Shown here: positions 51,841 through 61,500 of the stretch, piece after piece
Numbering within the stretch: position 1 is the first letter of the stretch
Layout: every line of letters begins with the position of its first letter
Origin: an uncultured Verrucomicrobiae bacterium
GTDB lineage: Bacteria; Verrucomicrobiota; Verrucomicrobiia; Limisphaerales; DSYF01
Length of the DNA stretch: 64,000 nt
Direction of reading: 5' to 3'
Assembly: GCA_963751435.1 (NCBI GenBank)
Contig: CAVVUP010000029.1
Coordinates: 133,750-197,749 of the forward strand
Translations under genes and position numbers: made by a program
Notes under the pieces: generated by a model
Told to the model about the DNA's origin: nothing
Seen by the model: only the letters and a program-made list of their open reading frames with translations
Databases searched by the model: none

Positions 51841-52401
51841 TTATTTCTTGCGGATCACAATCTTGGCTGTTTGAACATCCTCGCTGTTCGCCAGACCGTT
51901 CGGCAGGGTGCGTCGCGTTTTCCAACTGAGGTCGATGACTTTGGCGGTGGACTGAAATTCACCTTGGGTGGGAGGGAAATAATTCCAGGAATTCGACTTC
52001 AAGTTGCGCTGGCCGACGTGGAAATTGATGAGCTGACAATTCTCCAGCAGGACGCTGTAGTCCCAAGCCCCGCTGGGCTTTTCCACCAGACGATAGAGGC
52101 GGTCCACGCCGTTGCCGATGAAGTAATAATAGACCGTATCCCCGTCTCCATTCACGATCTGGAGCAGGTTGGTTGTGTAATTGGCGACCATTTTAGCCTG
52201 CCGAATTTCGCGTGTGAGCTGATCCATCGCCTGCTGGTTCATGCGATCGAGCGCCGTGTAGTTTGAGAGCGCCGCCATGCTGCGAATGCTGAACAGGAAG
52301 GTGCTCCCAAGCGCCGCCGCCCCGATGGAAAACACCGCGATGGCAATCATCATCTCGATCAAGGTCCACCCGCGGGATGCGAGCTGAGGCTTAATAGACA
52401 T
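51841..52401 (-). CDS. Module B medium prepilin-type protein (GspJ/PilW-sized)
   Basis: Reads MSIKPQLASRGWTLIEMMIAIAVFSIGAAAL and ends ...EDVQTAKIVIRKK. The alternative track start is 52416. Confidence 0.78.
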   Translation of the reverse strand: MSIKPQLASRGWTLIEMMIAIAVFSIGAAALGSTFLFSIRSMAALSNYTALDRMNQQAMDQLTREIRQAKMVANYTTNLLQIVNGDGDTVYYYFIGNGVDRLYRLVEKPSGAWDYSVLLENCQLINFHVGQRNLKSNSWNYFPPTQGEFQSTAKVIDLSWKTRRTLPNGLANSEDVQTAKIVIRKK

Positions 52402-52858
52402 AATTTTGCACTCCATCCTTGGCGATCATTGTGGTGAGCGAACGATGCCGGGGTACGCCCGCGGTGCTCCAGTTGAGCGTCACGGTGAGAAAATTGATGT
52501 TGCCGCGGTAGCTGGCCGGCATTTCCGTGGGGGCCGAGGCGATGGCGATGGTGCCCGTGTAGATGACTCCACCCCGCGTGCTGGGGTCGTAGTATTCCGT
52601 AAAATTTGTCGGAACAAACCCGGGGGTGTGCAGTTGGTCCCAGCTATAGAGCCGGACGATCTCGGTCGCCTCGATCAGCACCTGGGTCGCGCGTTGATTC
52701 TCCTGCGTCATGGCCACGATCCGGAATCCGCTGGCAAAAGCCATCATGATCCCGGCCGCACAGATGCTCAGGATGGTGCTGGCCATGATCACCTCCGGAA
52801 GGGTGAACGCCTGTTCGTTCCTGCGATGACTGCTGCCGATGCGACCTGAAAACTTCAT
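52391..52858 (-). CDS. Module B small prepilin-type protein (GspI/PilV-sized)
   Basis: Starts at the ATG at 52858: MKFSGRIGSSHRRNEQAFTLPEVIMASTILSICAAG and ends ...GVPRHRSLTTMIAKDGVQNYVY. It overlaps the next gene by 11 nt. Confidence 0.75.
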   Translation of the reverse strand: MKFSGRIGSSHRRNEQAFTLPEVIMASTILSICAAGIMMAFASGFRIVAMTQENQRATQVLIEATEIVRLYSWDQLHTPGFVPTNFTEYYDPSTRGGVIYTGTIAIASAPTEMPASYRGNINFLTVTLNWSTAGVPRHRSLTTMIAKDGVQNYVY

Positions 52859-52907
52859 TTGCAATACGTCTGCCGTGTGTTGTTCTGCTGTCTCTGCTCC
52901 TCCAAGG

Positions 52908-52922
52908 GCATAGGATGTGCCA
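52908..52922 (-). promoter_or_regulatory. Sigma-54-like -24/-12 element upstream of module B (TGGCAC-N5-ATGC)
   Basis: The minus strand reads TGGCACATCCTATGC with GG-N10-GC spacing, about 49 nt upstream of the ATG at 52858. Confidence 0.5.
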
Positions 52923-53227
52923 CCCTGCGAACGGCCTGATTTTTCAGGCCTCTGAGAACCACCCACCCTTTGCCTCGTTCCCGACGTCCGGTTTTGTCCG
53001 AGCCGTGTTCAGAGTTGTCCACACCAAGGACAGGGAGTTGTGACTCTCATCCTCAAGCCAATCGCGGCCCTGAGAATTTTCACGGTCAACGTGTCCGTAC
53101 TCCTGCCCGCATCCCACTCGCCGAACGGGCTGGTTCGCTGAATCCGTGCCAGAAGACTCACTGGAGCCAGCCGGTCTGGATCAAGTCGTGCTCTCTCACT
53201 CCCGGGGAACCCAGGCCTCACACGAAT

Positions 53228-53647
53228 ATGGAACACATGAGCAGGAAGCGAATCCTGATTGCCGATGACAGTCTGACGGTATTGAAGGCTTTTGAAATCA
53301 AGCTGCAATCCGCCGGCTACGAGACGGCCACGGCCGTGGACGGCAGCGAAGCGCTGGCACAGGCGGGCCGGTTTCATCCGGACCTCGTCATCATGGACAT
53401 CAACTTTCCCCCGGACATCAGCCAGGGCGGTGTCACTTGGGATGGATTCCAGATCATCCAGTGGATGCGGACGACCGGCGCCGCCGGCACGGCTCCGGCC
53501 ATCATCATCACCTCGGATGACGTGGAGCAGCATCGGACCCAGGCCCTGGCCGCCGGGGCCGTGGCGGTCTTTCAGAAGCCGATCAAGCTCAAGGACCTGA
53601 TGGATACCATCCGCGAGTGTCTGGAGGAACAGCCTCAAAGTGCATAG
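53228..53647 (+). CDS. Stand-alone receiver-domain response regulator (RR2), a paralog of RR1
   Basis: Starts at the ATG at 53228: MEHMSRKRILIADDSLTVL...DLVIMDINFPPDISQGGVTWDGFQIIQWM...IIITSDD...FQKP. It is divergent from module B across a 370-bp spacer. Confidence 0.85.
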   Translation: MEHMSRKRILIADDSLTVLKAFEIKLQSAGYETATAVDGSEALAQAGRFHPDLVIMDINFPPDISQGGVTWDGFQIIQWMRTTGAAGTAPAIIITSDDVEQHRTQALAAGAVAVFQKPIKLKDLMDTIRECLEEQPQSA

Positions 53648-53883
53648 CCGGTTCGACTTTCGTAACGCGACCTCGGCCGCAACCATGCCATTCAGAAAAC
53701 GGCATACGGATTCAACACAGAGGCGCAGAGAACAGAGTGACGCAGACGGCAAGCACTTACAGGTCCCCGCTGGGGATTGGAAACTCGCTGACCCACTTCT
53801 GTGTGCCCCTGCGTTTCTGCGTCCCGGTATTAATCACCCGCTTCCGCGATTGCCAGGGACAGGTTGACCGGTAACATGCCCGC

Positions 53884-54705
53884 ATGTCGTTGCTCACGAT
53901 TCCGAGAGCCGCCAAGTGGCCTTTCTTCGTTGGAGACGGGTTGCTGCTTGGACTGGCCTGGTTGTTCTACACGCAGGCGAAGCTGCCTATGAACGGCCCC
54001 ACACTCGTCGCCTGCGTGGCCTGTTTCGCCATTGGCGCCGTTCTGGGCATCACCCCGTTCATTCTGGATCATCAGGCAGAGGTCAAGATCGCGGAATCCA
54101 ATGGCTTGGCCTCCACGGTCGATCGGATTCGAGGGCTTGAAACCATCGCGGCGGCTGTGCAAAGCGCCACCGGCCGGTGGCAGGGCGTGCACGAACATGC
54201 CACACAGGCGATCAACGCCGCGCGGCAGGTTTCCGAGAAGATGAGCGAGCAGATGACGTCGTTCATGGAATTCCTTGAAAAAGCCAATGATTCTGAGCGC
54301 CAACACCTCCGGCTCGAAGTGGACAAGCTCAAGCGGGCTGAATCGGACTGGCTGGGTGTGCTGGTTCGCATCCTGGACCACGTCTTTGCCATCCACTCCG
54401 CCGCGCGCCGCTCCGGCCAGCAAAAAGTGGTGGATCAGCTCACCCAGTTTCAGCTCGCGTGCCGCGACACCGCACGCCGCGTCGGTTTGACCCCCTTCGA
54501 AGCGGAACCGGGTGCGCCCTTTGACCCGCAGCAGCACCAACTGGTTGGGGGCGGCGAGGTTGTAGCAGAATCGCGCATTGCCGAAACCGTGGCCACGGGG
54601 TTCACCTTCCGAGGACAGATGATTCGACCTGCAGTCGTGGCCCTGGAGGGCGCAGGTACAACGCCGGCGCAGGATTCTGATCAGGACAACCCTGGCAATG
54701 CTTAG
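53884..54705 (+). CDS. Membrane-anchored GrpE-like protein (2 TM + coiled coil + GrpE C-terminal-like domain)
   Basis: 273 aa. TM segments WPFFVGDGLLLGLAWLFY and LVACVACFAIGAVLGITPFIL, then a coiled coil. The stretch LVRILDHVFAIH...QLACRDTARRVGLTPFEAEPGAPFDPQQHQLV...IAETVATGFTFRGQMIRPAVVAL parallels the GrpE pattern LL.V.D.L.RA...L...G...I...G..FDP..H.A....V...GY...G..LRPA.V.V. Confidence 0.6.
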   Translation: MSLLTIPRAAKWPFFVGDGLLLGLAWLFYTQAKLPMNGPTLVACVACFAIGAVLGITPFILDHQAEVKIAESNGLASTVDRIRGLETIAAAVQSATGRWQGVHEHATQAINAARQVSEKMSEQMTSFMEFLEKANDSERQHLRLEVDKLKRAESDWLGVLVRILDHVFAIHSAARRSGQQKVVDQLTQFQLACRDTARRVGLTPFEAEPGAPFDPQQHQLVGGGEVVAESRIAETVATGFTFRGQMIRPAVVALEGAGTTPAQDSDQDNPGNA

Positions 54706-54810
54706 CCCCGGTTGTGAACCTCACACGGCAGGCCGCCGCCGCATTGACGCTGCCGGCTCACGACGGGACTTGAGACAGGACCGGACAGCGCCGGGCTTGG
54801 AGTAACGGGT

Positions 54811-57800
54811 CTACCCCCCTCCCAGTTCCACCGTTTCAACTGCAGCCAGGAAATGCAGCCACTGATGACCAACAGGCTTTCTGAATATTCGTTCCAAAGC
54901 AGCCGCATAGAGCCGGAGTTGCGGCTGGTATTCCCTGGCCCTCTGCCTCAATGCCTCTCCTTGGACCTCATCGGTCTTGTAGTCCAGGAGCCAAAACTCG
55001 TTCTCGAGCACGACGGCGAGATCCACGATTCCCTGAACCACCACGAACTCCCCATGGAGGGACACCTCTGGTTCCTGCCCGAGAATGGAACGCACCTCGG
55101 CATCTTCCAACCGAACGGTGAACGGCAGTTCACGTCTGACCCGGGGAGTCACCTCGCAAATTCTCCGGCCCACGGCGGAGGTCCAAAACGAAGCCACCTT
55201 CTCCAAATCGAGAAGCTCAGCTTCCGACGGTGAGAAGAGCCTTTGATCGACAAAGACCTTCAGTTGTTCCGCCAACTCCCCCACATCAGCGGCTCTTGCG
55301 ATCTGAATGTGCTGCAGGAAACGATGATGCAAGGTCCCGCGCTCGGCGGCTGATGGAGGGCTTTGCGGCAGACGAGGTCCGGTTGGATGTCGATGCCAGG
55401 CAAAACGGTGGACCGCCTCGTCGTCGAACCGTTCCAGCGCACGGTGTCGGAGGGCGGATACGGAACTTTTTGCGGCCGCTGTGGTGGCAGACGGATGCTT
55501 GTAGAACCATGACAACCGTCCCGCGACTGCCTCCAAGGACCTTCTGTCGATGGGCCGATCTGCCCTAGGGCGTCGGCCTGCATCGCGCAGGTCAGCCGGC
55601 GGGGTCAGGCGCTGGTCGTTCGGTTTCCAGCATTCCCATGTCAGAAGTCTGGTTGCCCCCTGGTCGTCGTCTGTTTGATCCGACGCCTGCGTCACGGAGG
55701 GTAGCCATGCCGTCAGCCAGTCCAGGGGGGTTCGGGCTGTCATCAGGTCCTGATCGGACAGGCTCGGTGAAGTCTCAGGGTCTTGATCCTTTCGAAGCAG
55801 CGAGCCCGTGAGGATCAACCGGTCGCGCGCGCGTGTGGTGGCCACATACAACAATCGTAATTCCTCGCCCAGCCGTTGGGTGCGCTGACGTCGTTCAGCC
55901 AGCCAGAAGGGCAGTGTGGGGTAACGCGCCGTGCCCGAGGGCGTCAGGGCCTTGGGGGCAAGACCATAATGCGGATCGAGCAGCAGGACGGAATTCAATT
56001 CCTGAAGGTTGAACCGCCCACCCAATGCAGCCAGAGCCACCACTGGAAACTCCAGTCCCTTGCTGCGATGGACGCTCATCAACTGCACAGCGTTACGGCT
56101 CATGACAGGCGCCGGTTCTGGCGCCCCGTTCGTTGTCTCAAGCGACTCCATGAAGCGCAGGAACCGAAACAGCCCCTGCCGATGATAGGGATCGAATTGA
56201 CGGGCGTAATCCAGCAAGAGACCGACATTGGCCATCTGTTCCTGCCTGCGATCGTTGACGCTGAGCAGGACGTCGTAGCTCGTATCTGCAAGCACCCGTT
56301 CCAAGCTAAGCGAAGGCCCCACCTGGCGCGCCAGTTCCCGCCAGAGATCGAACTGGGTGAGAAACGAGTCTAGACGATCACGAAGCGCTGTGCGGGCGGC
56401 GGCGTCCACTGGCTCCCTGATCGCAGCCGTGTCTGGTTCACGCCGCAGGCTGTCAACAAACCTCCTGAGTGCCCACCAAAGCGGTCTGACGTCGCTGTAG
56501 GCCCGGATGGCGGCCAGCTCATCCAACGCCAACCCCACCAGTGGCGAGCGTAACACAGCCAGCAACGGGATGTCTTGGAGCGGGTTGTCGAGCAGCCTCA
56601 GAAGGTTGATCAAGTCGCTGACCTCGATCGCATCGAGAAACCCGGCCCGCGCGGCGGCCAGCGGAATGCCGGCCCGATGAAACTCTTTGGCAAACGCCTC
56701 GGCTCGCGTTCCGGGAGATCGCAGCAGCACGGCCATGTCCCCCCACTCGACCGGTCGGAGGCCCTCGCTCTTCTTGTCCCCAATCATGAAGCCGGACTCC
56801 TTCAGCTCACGCAAACGCGTTGCCACCAGTCGGGCCTCCTGTTCCGTGACCGAAAGCGGTTCCTCCATGCTTCCCCCCACATCCACATCGCCGGATTCAC
56901 CCCGTGATTCCTTGCGGAGCAGGTGCAGCTCAACGCACGGAGCGTCACCGAGGCTGGCCCTGTGGCTCTCAATGCCCGCCTGCAGGGGTTCGTAAGACAC
57001 GCCGCCAAAGGATTCGCGCATCAAGCCATTGAACAAAGCGTTCACAAACTCGATGAGGGCGGGCCGGCTGCGAAAGTTCTCCGTCAGCGCGATGCGCTGG
57101 CCCGCCTCGGGCGACGCCAGAGCCAACCCAGTCGAGTTCGGGACCTCAGCCGCCTGTCCACCTCCCCAATCCTTCTCGTAACGCCGAAAAATCTGAGGAT
57201 CCGCCAGACGAAACTGGTAAATACTCTGCTTCACGTCGCCCACGAGGAACCGGTTGGCATCGGCGCCCGTTCGGCTGATGGCAGACAGGATGGCGTCCTG
57301 GGCGGCGTTGATGTCCTGATACTCATCCACAAAGACGTAGTCGAACTGCTTCTGCACCGCCTCCGCTGCGGAGGTGGGTTGCCCTCGATCGTCCCGCAAC
57401 AACTGCAACGCCAGTTGTTCAAGGTCGGGGAAGTCAACCCCTCCCAAGTCACCTTTGGCACGAGTAAACCGAGCGGTGAACTCTGCGGTCAGCGCCAGCA
57501 GAGCCTGCATGTGTCCATGCACCGCCTGCCAGTCCGCTTCCAAGGCTCCCGGCTCGGCGACCGAGGCCAGGAATCGCGCTTCGTCAAAGCATGAATTCAG
57601 CGGATCGCGTACACGTCCGGCCGTGCCCTTGGGCCATGATGCAGCTCCCGCCGCCGCCACCGCGCCAGCCACCTGGGCCACTTGGGCACGCGTGATCTCC
57701 CGGGTGACCGACTCCATCGCCTCCAGACAGTCGTCGATATTCTTGATACCCGCTTGCGGTTCGATCAAGGGCAGCCAGCGTTGATGCCAGTCTGTGAAGC

Positions 57801-58539
57801 CCTGAACCAGCCACGCTTCCCATGACCCGTGCGGTAGGGCGGCGCACCCCGGTGCCCGACCAGGTTCAGGAGTCCGATGGGCGCCCGTTATTCCGGAGTT
57901 GGAGCCTTCCCGCAACCCAGCCGGTTCGGAACCCCACGCGACCGTCTGCGCCCGCAGCCAGCCTTGTGCATTCGGCATCGATTGCGAGTAGCGATGCAAC
58001 TGGAGGACCATCTCGCGCACCAGCCGATCCCGATCCGGCGCATAAGCGGCGACCAGCCTTCGCACGCCTTCATGAAATGCCTGAGTTCCGGCGTAGCACT
58101 CCTGGAACAATCGATCGAGCGTTTCCTCGGCCAGCACCCGACATTGATGCTCGTCCAACACGATCGGCTCCGGATCAATCCCCAGCTCATGGAAGTGGGA
58201 TCGAACCAAGCTCAGGCAGAAACTGTGCAATGTGGAGATGCGGGCGGATTCCACCAGCGCGAGTTGTTCGGCAAACCGTTCGCGCTCCGACGTGTCAGAG
58301 CTGCTGTCGGCCAGGTCCTGCAACCGGGCGCGCAACCGATGGCGCATCTCGGCGGCGGCGGCCTCGGTGAAGGTCACCATCAGAATGCGATCCAGCGAGG
58401 CCTGGCCGCGAAGCAAATCCAGGCAGCGCTCGACCAGCGTACTGGTCTTGCCCGTTCCCGCCCCGGCCACGACGATCACATTTCCACGGGCGGCCACGGC
58501 TCTGGTCTGACTGCGGGTCAATGGCATGCGGTTTCTCAT
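54811..58539 (-). CDS. addA: AddA-type helicase-nuclease (UvrD-like helicase + C-terminal PD-(D/E)XK nuclease)
   Basis: 1242 aa, intact. Has VVAGAGTGKTSTLVER (Walker A), FVDEYQDIN, a UvrD-like C-terminal helicase region, and a nuclease motif GIVDLAVV...LLDYKTD. Confidence 0.88.
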   Translation of the reverse strand: MRNRMPLTRSQTRAVAARGNVIVVAGAGTGKTSTLVERCLDLLRGQASLDRILMVTFTEAAAAEMRHRLRARLQDLADSSSDTSERERFAEQLALVESARISTLHSFCLSLVRSHFHELGIDPEPIVLDEHQCRVLAEETLDRLFQECYAGTQAFHEGVRRLVAAYAPDRDRLVREMVLQLHRYSQSMPNAQGWLRAQTVAWGSEPAGLREGSNSGITGAHRTPEPGRAPGCAALPHGSWEAWLVQGFTDWHQRWLPLIEPQAGIKNIDDCLEAMESVTREITRAQVAQVAGAVAAAGAASWPKGTAGRVRDPLNSCFDEARFLASVAEPGALEADWQAVHGHMQALLALTAEFTARFTRAKGDLGGVDFPDLEQLALQLLRDDRGQPTSAAEAVQKQFDYVFVDEYQDINAAQDAILSAISRTGADANRFLVGDVKQSIYQFRLADPQIFRRYEKDWGGGQAAEVPNSTGLALASPEAGQRIALTENFRSRPALIEFVNALFNGLMRESFGGVSYEPLQAGIESHRASLGDAPCVELHLLRKESRGESGDVDVGGSMEEPLSVTEQEARLVATRLRELKESGFMIGDKKSEGLRPVEWGDMAVLLRSPGTRAEAFAKEFHRAGIPLAAARAGFLDAIEVSDLINLLRLLDNPLQDIPLLAVLRSPLVGLALDELAAIRAYSDVRPLWWALRRFVDSLRREPDTAAIREPVDAAARTALRDRLDSFLTQFDLWRELARQVGPSLSLERVLADTSYDVLLSVNDRRQEQMANVGLLLDYARQFDPYHRQGLFRFLRFMESLETTNGAPEPAPVMSRNAVQLMSVHRSKGLEFPVVALAALGGRFNLQELNSVLLLDPHYGLAPKALTPSGTARYPTLPFWLAERRQRTQRLGEELRLLYVATTRARDRLILTGSLLRKDQDPETSPSLSDQDLMTARTPLDWLTAWLPSVTQASDQTDDDQGATRLLTWECWKPNDQRLTPPADLRDAGRRPRADRPIDRRSLEAVAGRLSWFYKHPSATTAAAKSSVSALRHRALERFDDEAVHRFAWHRHPTGPRLPQSPPSAAERGTLHHRFLQHIQIARAADVGELAEQLKVFVDQRLFSPSEAELLDLEKVASFWTSAVGRRICEVTPRVRRELPFTVRLEDAEVRSILGQEPEVSLHGEFVVVQGIVDLAVVLENEFWLLDYKTDEVQGEALRQRAREYQPQLRLYAAALERIFRKPVGHQWLHFLAAVETVELGGG

Positions 58540-61500
58540 TTCTCCTCAACCGTCTTCGAGTCGATGTCGGTGCGCTGCAACATCCGATACGGCTGGGTCC
58601 AGGAATCAAACCGGCAGATCGGACGGAACTTGCACCAGCCGCAGGCGACCTCTTGCCCTTTCTGATAAGGCCATACCCTGGCTTCGCCCTCGAAGATGCG
58701 CTCCCCAAGATTCCGTATTTGCTGCGCGGTATTCTCCATCAGTTGCGCGAACGCCGAGGACGGCAGCGCGTCATTGCCGGACTTGTAGAGTTGGCCGCCC
58801 TTCGTGTAGCGGTACTTGAACTGATCGCCGCTGGACGCGCCCCGGGTATCCAGTGACTTCAAGCTGGCCTCATCGAAACGACCGCGGTGCTGAAACGCCG
58901 CGGCAAAGGCCTGCTCGCCGGCCTCGATCGCGTCCGCGCGGGATCGGCCGGAGCCTGGTCGGGTCCGCAGCCCGACATAGAATACCCCCGCAGGACGCAA
59001 ATCCACCGCACCGAAGTCCTGCCGGGCCTTGGGGTTGTGACAAATGGCACTCAGGTAGGCCGGCATCTGAAGCTGAAGGCCGTTGGCAAACTTGAGATCC
59101 TCGAAGAGTCGCCCGCCCGATTTGTAATCCAGAATGGCCACCGCCGCCGATCCATCCGGCTGCCGGCACAGGTCCAGGCGATCCACCCGGCCACGGACCA
59201 GGATGCAACGTCCGCCGTCCAGATCCACTTTCCAACCGGGCCAACCGTCTTCCTCCAGCCCGAAACTCACCTCAACCGCTTCCGGCTCAAAGTCATTCTG
59301 ACGGGACCACAAGGTGAGTGTGGCGACCGCTTGTTCGAGATTGCGAATCAAGGCCCCAGCTTGGAACTGGTTTGCCGGATTGGCCCGAAGCAGTCCATGC
59401 TGGTAATCGCGCAGTTGTTGCGCACCGATTTCCCGCACCCACCCGACCGCCTGGTCCGGCGTCAACTCGCGCCAGCGTTTGCCGGATTCCCTCAGCCGTC
59501 GATGGAACGCGGCCAGTATTTCATGCTGGAACTCGCCCGTCCGCCGAATATCCACCCTGAACTCATCGCGCTCCTGCGCTTTCAAGCCGCGCGCGACAAA
59601 GAACTGGAACGGGCAGGCCGCGAACTGTTCCAAGGCGCTCACGGACAACCGGAGTTCATCGCCATAAAGCACCCGGGCGACTTTGGGGGATAACTGTTGC
59701 TTGCCGAGCGCGACCAACACCTGTTGCCCGCGCTTGAACAGCGGTTGGACGGTGGGCAACTCGCGCAGCGAATCGAGGCCTTCCGGCGCGTCTTCCTGCA
59801 GCGCCGCGCCCACCAGTTCGATTGGATGCCGGCTTTCGCTCCACGCCACCCGGCCGTCAAACGGTTCCACCTCCAGCCGGGGGAACGCCCGCCGGAGTTC
59901 GTCCACGAACCGCGACGGATTACGTGCGTTGCCCTTCGCATCGGTCACCGACCAACTGACCAGCACGCGCTGTCGTGCCCGGGTCAGGGCGATGTAACCC
60001 AGATAGCGTTCGTGACCAAACTGACGTCGTCCGGGTCCGACCCGGATGCCGTTGGATTCCATGTCCGCCACGTCGGTTTCACTGAGCAACGGGGCGGCGG
60101 GGGGCGGCGCGGGAAAGACCGATTCATTCATCCCGAGCACCAGGGCAAACTTGAGATCAGGGTTGCGGGATCGATCCACCCCTCCCACCAAGACCTGGTC
60201 CAGCGATGGAGGAACCACCCCGACACTCAAGCCGCTCAGGCCGGCTTCGATGATCGAGAGCCATTCGGCGAGCGGGAGCGGCACATCGGCAAAGGCGCGC
60301 TCCAGGTTGTCGAGCCAATCGTTCATTTGCTCCCAGACGGTGGTGTGGACCGCGCCGCCGACCGTCGAACACGCCCATTGTTCCAGGCGCGCTTCCGCGT
60401 TCAACGAGGTCCACAGCACGCGAAGCTGCCCGGCCAGGGCTGAACCGGAGGGCGCCCAGCCGGACTGGCTCATCTGTTGTTGGAGATCGGCGAACGGCAG
60501 GGTGACCCGGGCACGCCGCTCCTCGATCCATTCCCGAGCGGCCAGATCCGCATCCGCCGGGATCGATTGCAGCCAGAACCCTGCGCCTTCCCATCCGCGT
60601 GCGAGCGCGGCGTTCTCCAGACAATCGACTTCTTCGTCAGAAAGCCCCCCCAACCCTGTCTTCAGAAGACCCAACCAGTCAGCTTGCCGCCAGTCAAAGG
60701 CCACCGTGCGCAACGCAAACCGCGTCAGCTCGGCCAGCGGGTGATGCGCAACCACTTCACGGCGATCGAGGAAGAAGGGAATGCCGTAGCGGGTGAGCAC
60801 CCGCCGCAGGACGTCCTGGTATCCCTCGAGACTGCGCACCAGCACGGCGCAATCACGGAAGCGGCCGCCTTGTTGCACAAAGCACAGAACCTCCCGCGCC
60901 GCCAGTGTCGCTTCGGCTTGAACGTCGGAACACTCCGCCAGCCGAAGGGCGGGATCCAGGCCGGGGCTTAAAACCAATTCCTGGTGCCTGTATCCAGGCA
61001 CTGCCCCCGGAACGCCGGATTCATCCGCCAGCGGGCTGCCTAAGGCGGAAGGAGTCTGAAGTTCAGACGGGCGGCGAGAAGGCGAAGTGTACGGCCGACT
61101 CAAGTCGGCGTTCCCATTGGGTGCCCCGTCAGGATCCCCTGGGGCTTGCGCCGCGTCCCCTTGGCCCGTGTTGCAGCCCACTGGCCCGCTTTGGCCCGCA
61201 AGCACGCGCTCGATCTGGGCGAGCAGCGGACTCTGGGCAAAGCGGCTCCTGGCCGGATCGCGTTCCAAGGCCTCCACCTCCACCTTCACACCCGGAAGAT
61301 CCTGCACGCGCAGGTGACATTCGCGCGCTGTCTCGGAAACCAGCGCCCAGGGCGACAGCCAGGATTCCTGCTGGGCGGGAGCCTGCGGGAGGCAGAAGGC
61401 CAGGGTGGCGTGTTCGCAATGCGGCAACACCGCCGTCAACAGGGCCTGTTCCTGCGGCGTCAATGCCGCAAAGCCATCCAGCCAAAGTCCACCAAAACCA

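Noticed and set aside
52933-52950. The hairpin GGCCTGA-TTTT-TCAGGCC upstream of pseudopilin module B.
   Set aside because: It is a short isolated stem in a 5' region, not followed by a U tract on the relevant strand, and has no counterpart upstream of module A. It has no assignable function.
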